Of a stretch of DNA of 53,807 nucleotides, positions 30,331 through 40,147 are shown one piece after another. Position 1 is the stretch's first letter. Each line of letters begins with the position of its first letter. Both the position numbers and the translations under genes were made by a program. This DNA comes from Bdellovibrionia bacterium (GTDB lineage: Bacteria > Bdellovibrionota > UBA1018): positions 1-53,807 of the forward strand of contig JBJMMA010000090.1 in the NCBI GenBank assembly GCA_045805065.1, written 5' to 3'. The notes beneath the pieces were generated by a model that did no database searches, was not told where the DNA came from, and was given only the letters and a program-made list of their open reading frames with translations.

Positions 30331-31036
30331 TAATTCACAAAAGACTCCAGATAGCCGTGAAAAGAGAAAAAAACCTCGTATTCACCTGTCTTCTGAGCAG
30401 TTTCGGGTGGATCAGACGGGGAAGCTTTTTTCCGTGGTGGATCTTTCCATGGATGGCGTGGCGTTTCGGATTTTGGATCATGCCGATCAGGTCATGGTTC
30501 CAATTGCCTCTGAAATCGCCGGGATTTTGAATCTTCGCGGCGTCAAGCTTCCGGTCCGGGTGCAGGTGAAGAATATCCGCTCTCAGGTCGTGGGTTGCCA
30601 ATTTATTGACTTAGATGCCTCGGCGCGTACGGCGCTTGAGAAATTTTTAGATCCTGCCGAGCTTGGACGTGAGCTAAAACCCATTCCTACGGCTCAGGGA
30701 GCATCCCTTTGGTATCACGGCCCCGGTGGAACGGATCTTCTGTTCTCGCGTGCTCTGGATGGGCGCTATCATCGTTTTACGCTCTTTGTCCTGGGGAGCT
30801 TCATTCAGTGGGATGAAGAAAGCGGCGCGACAACTGGGCGCGCGGTGTCATCCGAAGATCGGCGCGATCAGCGGAGCGAGGAGTGGGGCGCTGTACAATT
30901 TGAAACTATCGTTCTTGACGCTGATACTCAGCCGGATCGTGACAAGTTGAGCATTGCAAAAGACCTCATCCTGAGTTCTAACCTACCTCAGGATTTGAAG
31001 AAATGGTGCGCGAGGCAGCTTACCCTGCCTCAATAA
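30296..31036 (+). CDS. PilZ domain protein
   Basis: RKKPR (RxxxR) and DLSMDG (DxSxxG) c-di-GMP motifs; ATG 30296 follows AGGA. Confidence 0.8.
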   Translation: MTKSPSLEVISDNSQKTPDSREKRKKPRIHLSSEQFRVDQTGKLFSVVDLSMDGVAFRILDHADQVMVPIASEIAGILNLRGVKLPVRVQVKNIRSQVVGCQFIDLDASARTALEKFLDPAELGRELKPIPTAQGASLWYHGPGGTDLLFSRALDGRYHRFTLFVLGSFIQWDEESGATTGRAVSSEDRRDQRSEEWGAVQFETIVLDADTQPDRDKLSIAKDLILSSNLPQDLKKWCARQLTLPQ

Positions 31037-31098
31037 GCTCCGGGCCAATTTCACGGAGCTCAAGCGCACGTAAATGCGCACCCCATAAGGAGCTCAAC

Positions 31099-32049
<951 letters not shown>

Positions 32050-32083
32050 TCGCTACAATTGAGAGACAAAGGGGAATCCAATC

Positions 32084-32506
32084 ATGGCTCAAGCCGAATT
32101 CCATGAAGTCTTTCCAGTCGATCTCAATAAGCTTTTTGCGGTCATTACTCGTTACGAAGATTATCCTCAGTTTGTGACAGGCTGTTCTGGCGTTAAAGTC
32201 GAGCGCAAAGCCCCAGGCAAAGCGCGCGCAACTTATAACGTCAACATGATGAAAGAGATTTCCTATACTCTGGATCATGTCGAAGATCAGGCCGCAGGCA
32301 CGATTGAGTGGAATCTTGTTGAGAGCGATTTCATGAAAGCAAACAAAGGTCGTTGGGTGCTCAAGTCTTTGGGCCCAAATAAGACCGATGTTCGTTACGA
32401 GCTTGAAGTCGAGTTCAAGTTTCCAGTTCCAGGTTTGATTCTCAATCGCCTGGTCAAAGGAAGCTTGGGTCCGATGGTGAAAAGCTTTGTGGAGCGCGCG
32501 AAGTAA
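32084..32506 (+). CDS. SRPBCC (RatA/Coq10-like cyclase) protein
   Basis: YEDYPQFV.GC, N.G.W.L, F.ERA. Confidence 0.85.
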   Translation: MAQAEFHEVFPVDLNKLFAVITRYEDYPQFVTGCSGVKVERKAPGKARATYNVNMMKEISYTLDHVEDQAAGTIEWNLVESDFMKANKGRWVLKSLGPNKTDVRYELEVEFKFPVPGLILNRLVKGSLGPMVKSFVERAK

Positions 32507-32511
32507 CCCTT

Positions 32512-32889
32512 ATGGCAAAAGATCTTCCGCCTAAAGATGATGAAAGTGAAAATCAGGACGAGAACGAGTCGGGATCTACTCGGCGCGCAAGCTCGTTCAT
32601 GAAGAAAGCGCTCACCGTTGGTGTGGGCGCGCTCTTTCTTACTGAGGAAGGTCTGCGAAATCTGATGGGAGAGGTGAAGCTTCCCAAAGAGCTCATTGGG
32701 GGGATCTTGGATTCCGCCAATAAGACCAAGAGTGAGTTTCTTCAAAACCTCTCCCGCGATGTTCGTGAGAAAGTCATCGAGAAGATCGATCCGTTTGCGC
32801 TGGTTCAGGAATTTTTCACGCGAAACGAAGTGGAGTTCACCGTGCGCGTAAACGTCAAGCCTAAGAAGAAGCCAGAAGACAAAACCTAA
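32512..32889 (+). CDS. conserved hypothetical protein (phasin-like helical)
   Basis: KKALTVGVGALFLTEEG...LPKE; coupled to the SRPBCC gene. Confidence 0.65.
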   Translation: MAKDLPPKDDESENQDENESGSTRRASSFMKKALTVGVGALFLTEEGLRNLMGEVKLPKELIGGILDSANKTKSEFLQNLSRDVREKVIEKIDPFALVQEFFTRNEVEFTVRVNVKPKKKPEDKT

Positions 32890-32910
32890 GTAATATCCGA
32901 TGATAAGAAC

Positions 32911-33594
32911 ATGAGGGTTGCTTTCCATTATTCGCTCCTTTCATTGTTTCTTGGAGGATTTATCGGGATTTCAATTCCTGCAATTACCTACGGTAGCGAG
33001 CCGCGTTCATCCTGCGTAAAGAACTCTCTCACAAGCAAGCTCTCAGAAACAAAAACATCAATTGCCTATCATGCCAGCCCCATAGTTGGATTAACACGGC
33101 TAGATCCCGCGTTTTCGAGAAACACCAGTCGATATGGTCCTGGCGCCTATTTCTATTTTGACCGCAAATTGGCGGAAAAGCATGCGGCAAGCATTCAAGC
33201 CGGGCAGATCAAATACGATCACGCGAAACGTTCCGCCAAGATCTACGCGGGCTATGTTGACATAGAGCATACCTTGGATGTGGAGCGTGTCTATTCCCTG
33301 TCCGAGCTTCAAGCTGTTATCAGCCGAGTCAACAAGCTTAAACCCGGGCGTCTAAATGATCTCCCTGAAAAAATAACGGGAGAGGAGTTTTACAATCGGT
33401 TAACTCATGCGTTCCAAGGCTCAAAAGGGGTATCCCTGAGCCGTGGTACCGTGGGAGAGATAGATTCCAAAAGTTTGGCGAATCAGGCACTCATCGACTC
33501 GGGGATTCAAACGATCATCGGGAGAATCCCAGATCCAGATACTCGTGAGTGGAACCGTGCCGCCATCTCTCTTATACCCGTGCAGGTACAATAG
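32911..33594 (+). CDS. secreted protein with ADP-ribosyltransferase-like motifs
   Basis: Signal peptide; AYHAS...F...YGPGAYF...IY..Y...E pattern. Confidence 0.5.
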   Translation: MRVAFHYSLLSLFLGGFIGISIPAITYGSEPRSSCVKNSLTSKLSETKTSIAYHASPIVGLTRLDPAFSRNTSRYGPGAYFYFDRKLAEKHAASIQAGQIKYDHAKRSAKIYAGYVDIEHTLDVERVYSLSELQAVISRVNKLKPGRLNDLPEKITGEEFYNRLTHAFQGSKGVSLSRGTVGEIDSKSLANQALIDSGIQTIIGRIPDPDTREWNRAAISLIPVQVQ

Positions 33595-33655
33595 CGCGTA
33601 CATACATTCGCGACTCCAAGGAAGAGGAGCTTTATTTGTTTTGCCTGGATTTCTT

Positions 33656-34468
33656 TCAGGTGCGCTCTTTCTCGCGGTGAGGATAGGTCCTGCGATTGAG
33701 TCCAAAAAATCCAGACCATTCGGTCTCATGATAATCCAAGCCCAGTAGCCCTTTTGGCTCAACAGAATCCGCATCCACATAAGTACCAAACAGGCGGTCC
33801 CAGATACTGAAATAGAGCCCATAGTTACTGTCTGTGTATTGAGCGATAGGATGATGATGTACAAAATGCATTCTCGGAGTGACAAGCAAGTATTCCAGCT
33901 GCTTCGCAAATTTGATGCGCACGTTGCTGTGGCAGAATTGCTGGTTCAGAATATCAAACACAATGAACCCGAACGCTGGCCAAAATCCAAGTCCATTCAT
34001 AAACAAGTGATTCGCTAAAAGAGTCGGACTGACAATAACCACATAGTGTATCGGTGTTCCTCGCACGCCTGAGAGCCAGTTCACCGAAGTGGTACTGTGG
34101 TGTAAGGAATGAAACCTCCAGGCCAAGCAGGAATGCATAAATCGGTGCGCAAAATATCCTAGAAAATCCGCCACCAGGACAAATTCAAGCCATCTCAATG
34201 CCACTGACTGCTGTGAAGCCCACGCTTGTATCGACAAGATAGAGTCAGCCAGTCGTGGCCATAGAGCTAGTATTTGTGACCCTGCCCATGGAGCCACATA
34301 ACTGCTATGAACACCAATCAACGCGATTGCTATAATAAAATACCAGCGGTCAAAAGAGTGAACGGGTTCAGTGCGATATTCCACCATGGGGAAAAGATAA
34401 GACAAGTACCAGGCAAATACGCCGAAGATTATGAATGTCGAAAATTGAACAATCGCCAGGTAGTCCAT
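33656..34468 (-). CDS. sterol desaturase / fatty acid hydroxylase family protein
   Basis: His boxes HRFMH, HSLHHS, HSN, HFVHH; NYG...WDRLFGT. Confidence 0.92.
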   Translation of the reverse strand: MDYLAIVQFSTFIIFGVFAWYLSYLFPMVEYRTEPVHSFDRWYFIIAIALIGVHSSYVAPWAGSQILALWPRLADSILSIQAWASQQSVALRWLEFVLVADFLGYFAHRFMHSCLAWRFHSLHHSTTSVNWLSGVRGTPIHYVVIVSPTLLANHLFMNGLGFWPAFGFIVFDILNQQFCHSNVRIKFAKQLEYLLVTPRMHFVHHHPIAQYTDSNYGLYFSIWDRLFGTYVDADSVEPKGLLGLDYHETEWSGFFGLNRRTYPHREKERT

Positions 34469-34543
34469 AGAGGCTCTCCTCAGTCACTCATTCATCATAC
34501 TGTCTATTTGGTAATTAACTAGCCCTTTAGAGCAGGCTCATTC

Positions 34544-35521
34544 TTAGCGAGATTGCTGGTATCGAAGTTCTTCGTCTTCGGTGAGCCGGCGGCTTAAAAC
34601 GCGAAGGATGCGATTCATGTCTTTCTTCGTATATCCTAAATCGCTTAGAACTTTTCGGGTTCGCTCTTCAGTCGGGTCACCCACGGGGAGGAGGTCTGAA
34701 AATAGAAAGCGAATCTTCTGAGGCTGGGTATTGTCGCGGATGATTTCCGCGGTTGACTCGAGCCGGATGTAATTGATCAGGTCTTCAGGAACAAACATGT
34801 CACCCCGATCCTGGTTTCGAATCATGAACCACTTATTCACCGCAACTGCCTTGATCTCTTCGTCTGTGAGTCGGCGTCCCAGTGTTTTGGAGTAAAATCC
34901 CAGATGAGTCAGCGCCTGGGCGAGTTTCGTATTGAGGATCTCATCAGCGACGATTTCAAGATGGGTGAGTTCCGGATGCTGAGCTGCGATTGCGTGAGCT
35001 CCTTCGTAAATGCCTGTGAGAACCTTGGCCAAGCTGGTTTTCAATCCATCAGTCTCGGTGTTGAAGCCGTGAAACTCTCCGTCGGGCCCTTTGATGATGA
35101 CGTTCCGAATCACCACCCTTAAATTGTCCCGGGTTCTGATCACTTTCCCTTGAGCGTAGAGTCGGCCTGCTCTTACTTCGAACTTTCCGCCTTGGGTCAG
35201 GGCGTTTCGCATGGCAACGGTTTCGGGAGATGCTCGAAATCTGGCCATGCTTTTCTCTGAAAACAGCTGACGCAGGAATTTGTATTGGGCGTTTCCACTG
35301 AAGGCTTGGGCTAATTCATCATCTGTGGCGCGATACTGAGCGGGGACTTCAACCGCACGCGAACTGTTCTTGGTAAAGCCTTGGATGATTCGGCGAAGAC
35401 CGTTTTTTAGGCTATCCGCAATGCATGAGCGCGAGCCTGTAGCTGCCGCTGAAGCGGTGCTGGCGACCAATAGCGCCAGAAAGGCGCATAGAATGGAGGT
35501 ACTCCGGGGCGATAGACCCAT
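34544..35521 (-). CDS. secreted hypothetical protein
   Basis: Signal peptide ending ASA, then SRSCIADSL; 325 aa. Confidence 0.7.
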   Translation of the reverse strand: MGLSPRSTSILCAFLALLVASTASAAATGSRSCIADSLKNGLRRIIQGFTKNSSRAVEVPAQYRATDDELAQAFSGNAQYKFLRQLFSEKSMARFRASPETVAMRNALTQGGKFEVRAGRLYAQGKVIRTRDNLRVVIRNVIIKGPDGEFHGFNTETDGLKTSLAKVLTGIYEGAHAIAAQHPELTHLEIVADEILNTKLAQALTHLGFYSKTLGRRLTDEEIKAVAVNKWFMIRNQDRGDMFVPEDLINYIRLESTAEIIRDNTQPQKIRFLFSDLLPVGDPTEERTRKVLSDLGYTKKDMNRILRVLSRRLTEDEELRYQQSR

Positions 35522-35527
35522 AAGGTC

Positions 35528-35555
35528 TTATCGGCAATCGTCCAGAGAACGTTGA
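35528..35555 (-). promoter_or_regulatory. sigma28 (FliA)-type promoter
   Basis: TCAA-N16-GCCGATAA; -10 element ends 6 nt before ATG 35521. Confidence 0.5.
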
Positions 35556-35569
35556 CAGAGCGATTCAAA

Positions 35570-35588
35570 GATGAGAATGAGTCTCATT
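35570..35588. promoter_or_regulatory. Fur-box-like inverted repeat
   Basis: GA-TGAGAAT-G-AGTCTCA-TT (7-1-7) just downstream of TTGACA (35552) and upstream of the 35612 gene. Confidence 0.65.
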
Positions 35589-35611
35589 ATTATAATTAAT
35601 GAGGGAATCTT

Positions 35612-36121
35612 ATGAAATTTGTGATGACCGTATTGTCCTTTGGATTGGCAGCCACCGCGCAAGCTGGCGAAACTTTCACTTATCCTGTTTTGAACGAGTA
35701 TCAGGCTCAAGCTGAAAAAGTTCTCGCGCTATCAAAAGTGGAGCGTGCTCAGCTCAATATCGCTGAACTCAAGCTCGAAACCCAGACTCTGATCGGTCTT
35801 GGCGAAGAGATTGCGCGTCTTTATATCGCTAAAAATCCTGTCTGCGCCGAGCAAATCAACACATTTCTTTCGGCGCTTCCTAAAATGACTGAGATGCCGC
35901 TGAGTGACGTGAATGAGAAATTTCATGCCGGCAAGGGGCTTCCACAGGCGCCTCGCCATTGTTACTTTGGGCGCTCTGAAATCGTGCATCCTGTGATGAA
36001 TCAGATTCGTCTCAAGGGTGAGCTCACCGATGAAATGCTCTCGCAAATTGAAGATGATTTTGATGAAGTGATCGAGCATCTGTCGCGCATTCAAAAGAAT
36101 CTGGATAACCCGCTCAACTAA
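35612..36121 (+). CDS. secreted helical protein, candidate iron-regulated
   Basis: GAGGGA RBS; signal peptide AQA; motifs FH.G..LP, HCY....IVHP, EVIEHL. Confidence 0.75.
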   Translation: MKFVMTVLSFGLAATAQAGETFTYPVLNEYQAQAEKVLALSKVERAQLNIAELKLETQTLIGLGEEIARLYIAKNPVCAEQINTFLSALPKMTEMPLSDVNEKFHAGKGLPQAPRHCYFGRSEIVHPVMNQIRLKGELTDEMLSQIEDDFDEVIEHLSRIQKNLDNPLN

Positions 36122-36324
36122 TAGCCTGCGTCGCAGGTCCCGTTGAGGCAAGCAGTGAGCGTAGGATAGCAGTAATAGCGAGTCACGCTGATCCCAATAG
36201 CGCAAGAGCTTGGATCGCTTTGTTCGCAGCAATAAATGGCATTTACGGGAGCATCCGTTAAGGACAAGATCGCGATGGTTAGTGTCAGGGCTGCGATCAG
36301 GTAGGTGCGCGTCTTGCTGCTCAT
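36118..36324 (-). CDS. secreted 6-Cys miniprotein
   Basis: Signal peptide (..VNA) plus 39-aa mature part CC-x7-C-x10-C-x6-C-x4-C. Confidence 0.65.
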   Translation of the reverse strand: MSSKTRTYLIAALTLTIAILSLTDAPVNAIYCCEQSDPSSCAIGISVTRYYCYPTLTACLNGTCDAGY

Positions 36325-36565
36325 CTCCTCTTCATTCTACACAAACGAATTCGTTTACGACAATGGCCTGGCAAAGATTTTCGCTAGGGGTGTGTATTGG
36401 CCTATGTCCGGAAAGACACCTGCCTATTCTTTAGACAGCACTGGGGCAAAGGGGGATTAGCCTGATTCTGAGGCCTCATTTGCAAGACATGAGAAGGATT
36501 AAGTATTTCTGATTAAGTAGAGACTATGTATCTCAATGAATGGCGCTGAAAGGCGGATAACGCGC

Positions 36566-36581
36566 TGGCACTCTGATTGCT
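36566..36581 (+). promoter_or_regulatory. sigma54 promoter (consensus match)
   Basis: TGGCAC-TCTGA-TTGCT. Confidence 0.75.
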
Positions 36582-36677
36582 TTAACTCAACTCGTGAATA
36601 TGTCACCCCAAGTCTTCAGATGAGAATGGGTGACTCAAGCAGAGTGGAAGTTGAAAGCAGAAAGAGAGAGAAGTCCT

Positions 36678-37094
36678 ATGTCAGCCAACCGCGATACGAG
36701 CCAAAAGACGACCTTCGTTTACTCCAACCTTTACCAGCTTTACCGCAAGGGCAAAGAGGCAGCAGAGCAAGCACCAGCAACTACCCCTGAGGCACAAGCT
36801 TCAAGTCAGGCTATTTTCCAGCTCCCAAATCCAATGGGAACCCTGGCATCTGAAAAGAACGTTTTAAAGACCGGCGATCTCAAGGCAGAAGCTGCTCCGG
36901 CCGTGAGCGCTTACCAGCCACCGAGCCTTCTCGCAAAGCGCATTGTCGATAAGCCTCAGGCTTTGAAGCAACAGCCGATGCCTGCGCAAAGCGCTGCGAT
37001 TGAAAGCCTCAAGGCTAATCTCAAGACCTTGAATGATCTTCATTCACGCTTGAAGTTCATGCTGGAAGAGCTTCAAGAGCTCGTCAAAGAATAA
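36678..37094 (+). CDS. conserved hypothetical protein with C-terminal coiled coil
   Basis: FVYSNLYQLYRKGK N-motif, disordered linker, LNDLHSRLKFMLEEL. Confidence 0.7.
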   Translation: MSANRDTSQKTTFVYSNLYQLYRKGKEAAEQAPATTPEAQASSQAIFQLPNPMGTLASEKNVLKTGDLKAEAAPAVSAYQPPSLLAKRIVDKPQALKQQPMPAQSAAIESLKANLKTLNDLHSRLKFMLEELQELVKE

Positions 37095-37111
37095 TTCTTT
37101 TTACTTATCCA

Positions 37112-38347
37112 TCACTCTTTTACGAGTGTGCTTGAGCCCCGGGTTGCGGAGACTTCACCTTTGGACGTCGCCTCGTCTCCGACATGGGGAAGATTTGCCG
37201 GAAAGTCAGGCTTTTGAACCTGCGCGCGCGCTGGTTTCATCTTGTGTGGGTGATATTCATTGGCAATGAGCTTTTTTGGAACCGTGACAATGACCTGATC
37301 GCCGCGGAACTCGTGAGTCATCATCCGAGACTCAACAGCCTGCGCGAATGGAAAGCTCTCCATAAAGGATTGGTAGCTGCTAGTACCTTTTTGATGGCCG
37401 GGCTCAACTTCCACTCTCTCTTCGTTTCGCCGCGTGCCTGATAAGACGATCTGATTGCCTCGGATCGCGATGGAGACGTTCTTTTGCTCATGCTCAGGGA
37501 CTCGCGCGGTCAGAACGTATTTATCGCCCTGATCGTCGAATTCGGCCTGAAGATCCATGAGCTTATAGAAGGGGTCTTCCTGACGCTCACTGTAAGCAGA
37601 AAGTTTCTTGGAGGTGTCGAGTCTTGCTCTCTGAAGCTGCGAATAGGTCTCGTTATTGAGACGTGCAAGCGTTTCCTGATGGGTTTGGGCGATCTGCCGG
37701 TAATTGTTGTCGAGCTTCTCGGTGGATTGCTCGATGGCCATCTGCGTGGCTTCGTGCTTTTTCTCGTAAAGATCGTGAGCCTGCTTTTCGGCCGTGGCAA
37801 CTTGCAGGTCACGGTCTGCCTGGATCTGCTCGATCTCAACTCTTTTATCGTGCTTGAGCTGCTCTGCGGCCTTGTTGCCTGACTCAAGTTCGAAGTTGAG
37901 TTGCTGCGTGTTCTTGGATTCAGTGGTCCTAAGAAGTTCATCGCCGCGTTGCGCGGCCTTGTATTCGGCGTCGCGATAGTAGTCGTTCAGTCTGGCAAGC
38001 TCGGCTTCGCCTTCGCGTTTGATGCGAGCTTCTTCTTTGTTCTGGGCGCGCTGAATTTCTCTGAGCTTCTCGTAGCCTTGGGTTTTCTCGCTGGCAAGCT
38101 GCGTCTCCTGGCGAGAGGACTCGGCCAGGGCTTCGCGCTCGTAGTTCTCCCTGAGCTGATCCACTTGGGTCTGGCCTTCGATCGCAACTTGCTTGGCCTG
38201 CTCCTGGAGCTGTGTGACTTTGTTCGCCACATCGGCCTGAGCCTCGCGGATCTTGCTTTGATCCGAGCTTGAAGAACGAGCGGTTTTTCTGGGTCCCGAA
38301 GGCCCTACCGATGGTCCAATCGGAGGAGGGGATCCAATCGATGGCAT
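37112..38347 (-). CDS. long coiled-coil + Hsp20/alpha-crystallin-like domain protein
   Basis: ~230 aa of Q/E/K heptads, then Y.L...VP...V.I......LSG.R...F..SF.F...VTVPK. Confidence 0.75.
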   Translation of the reverse strand: MPSIGSPPPIGPSVGPSGPRKTARSSSSDQSKIREAQADVANKVTQLQEQAKQVAIEGQTQVDQLRENYEREALAESSRQETQLASEKTQGYEKLREIQRAQNKEEARIKREGEAELARLNDYYRDAEYKAAQRGDELLRTTESKNTQQLNFELESGNKAAEQLKHDKRVEIEQIQADRDLQVATAEKQAHDLYEKKHEATQMAIEQSTEKLDNNYRQIAQTHQETLARLNNETYSQLQRARLDTSKKLSAYSERQEDPFYKLMDLQAEFDDQGDKYVLTARVPEHEQKNVSIAIRGNQIVLSGTRRNEERVEVEPGHQKGTSSYQSFMESFPFAQAVESRMMTHEFRGDQVIVTVPKKLIANEYHPHKMKPARAQVQKPDFPANLPHVGDEATSKGEVSATRGSSTLVKE

Positions 38348-38703
38348 CAGTGACGGACCTCTTGTTGGGTTTCAAGAAGGTTTGTCTCAATGATGTTGAA
38401 ATAAGTTTTCACAACCCAGGCATAGGTTTTGAGATCGCGTGCACCCAGCGCTTCAAGATAAGCGCGCTTGTGCGCAAGCGTGGGTTGGCGAATGAGAGTC
38501 TCAATATGCTCTTCGATTCCCATGGCGTCTTCTTCCGAAAGCGTTTGATTCAGTTCATCGGCCCAACTCGGGCTGAGAACCTCGCGAAGAAGTTTGTCAT
38601 CGAAAAGGAAATGATGACCGCGCATGGATTGTTGAATCAGATATTCAACTTGTCCAAGAAGTTCTTTTGGGATTTCAGATGATGGTGAAGATGCGTCGAT
38701 CAC
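38347..38703 (-). CDS. conserved hypothetical protein
   Basis: GGAGG before GTG; stop overlaps the next start (TGATG). Confidence 0.7.
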   Translation of the reverse strand: MIDASSPSSEIPKELLGQVEYLIQQSMRGHHFLFDDKLLREVLSPSWADELNQTLSEEDAMGIEEHIETLIRQPTLAHKRAYLEALGARDLKTYAWVVKTYFNIIETNLLETQQEVRH

Positions 38704-39007
38704 AGTGTTCCCCTCCTTGGGAATGAACTGAGAATGAACTGTTGGAAGACTTAGCAGCTAGCCACTCCTCGACTCGCTGGTTTTAATTCTAATCGATCTG
38801 GGCGGCGTTGCAAGACGAGCCGCATGCAAAACCTGACTGCTTCTTATAGGCCCTTGGGGGTGCGTCAAAAAAGTGTGACTGTGTCAGTTTTGACGCTCGG
38901 CGAATTTGACTCCTTGCGACCGCTACCGGTACACTAGGAGCAAGGGGACTAAGGATAGGTACCCGAGGCGCTCCTAGCAGTCGTGACAAGAAGTTACCGA
39001 GGTTAAA

Positions 39008-40117
39008 ATGAAAAAAGGCCCCACCAGGACTAAATCGAATGAACGGCGCCGTACCGAGCGTTCCTCGCGCCCTAATGCTAAGCCGGCCTCAACTAAGCTG
39101 GATACCCATAAGCTTGGCCGCAATAAGCTGGAAAAGATGGCAAAGGCCGCAAAACCGATAGAACCCGATCATGCGCCTGCTCCTGCCCGTTCACAGCGGG
39201 CTGAAGTGAATCCGGACGCCTGTTATCATTGCGCAAGGGGTCTGTCCGGAGACCAGGAGAGAGCTCTTTTTGTTGAGGAAGAAGTCGGCAGAATTTTCTG
39301 CTCAGAAAGCTGCATTGCCGCATACTTTACGCCTGAAATTGAGCGCCTGGAGAAAGAGTTTTTCCGTCGTTTGACGCCGAGTGATCTGTCGCCAGAAGAG
39401 CGTGAGAATCTTGCGCATCTGCGTTGGATTACGCTTCAAGAGCCTGACGAAGTCTGGCGCGAAAAAACGCTCACGGGCGATTATCGTTATACGCTGATCT
39501 CTGAATTCAAGCCGGGTGCGAAAAAGATTTGGTCGATCTGCATCTGCTTGTTTTTGCGTGGCGAGCCAAGTTTTCTCTATCTTGCGTTCCCGACTAAGAA
39601 TGCTGCCATGGCGAATCAATATCGCCGCGGTGAGCAAGTCGAGTGGGTTCGTCCTGCGCAAAGCAGCGCCCCAGTGAACGGTGTGGATTCAGAAGGCCAA
39701 GAAGGGGATTCTCAATCCGGAGAAGAAAAGCTGGATCGTCTGGCAGACTCCTGGACTGAGGATGAAACCGTTCTTGCTCAGCTCAACAAGGGTCGAAGCA
39801 AGGATGATATTCCTCCTGCCGATTATGGCCATTATCAGGCTTGCCTTGAGGAAACGCTTGAGGCTCCGGATGAGGTCTGGAGTCATGAGAGTCAGGGCGA
39901 AGAGCCGACGAAGCTCTATCACTTCATCAAGCATTATCCTGATGAAAAGCCAGGTGTCTGGTTTGTGATTGTTGCGCGTGAAACCGATGAGGAAGAGCAA
40001 ATCGAGATCATCGATGCTTTCCCAACTCGCGACTCACAACTGGTTGAACACTATCGCCGGGGTGAGCAAGAAGTGGGGCAGCTTGAGTCCAAGGCTACGC
40101 CTCGCGTGGTTCACTAA
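39008..40117 (+). CDS. Zn-finger + tandem PBECR2-like nuclease-fold protein
   Basis: CYHC...FCSESC; duplicated TL..PDEVW...FPT.......YRRGEQ units. Confidence 0.65.
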   Translation: MKKGPTRTKSNERRRTERSSRPNAKPASTKLDTHKLGRNKLEKMAKAAKPIEPDHAPAPARSQRAEVNPDACYHCARGLSGDQERALFVEEEVGRIFCSESCIAAYFTPEIERLEKEFFRRLTPSDLSPEERENLAHLRWITLQEPDEVWREKTLTGDYRYTLISEFKPGAKKIWSICICLFLRGEPSFLYLAFPTKNAAMANQYRRGEQVEWVRPAQSSAPVNGVDSEGQEGDSQSGEEKLDRLADSWTEDETVLAQLNKGRSKDDIPPADYGHYQACLEETLEAPDEVWSHESQGEEPTKLYHFIKHYPDEKPGVWFVIVARETDEEEQIEIIDAFPTRDSQLVEHYRRGEQEVGQLESKATPRVVH

Positions 40118-40147
40118 TCCGCGTTAGCGGAATTTGCCACCTGAGCG

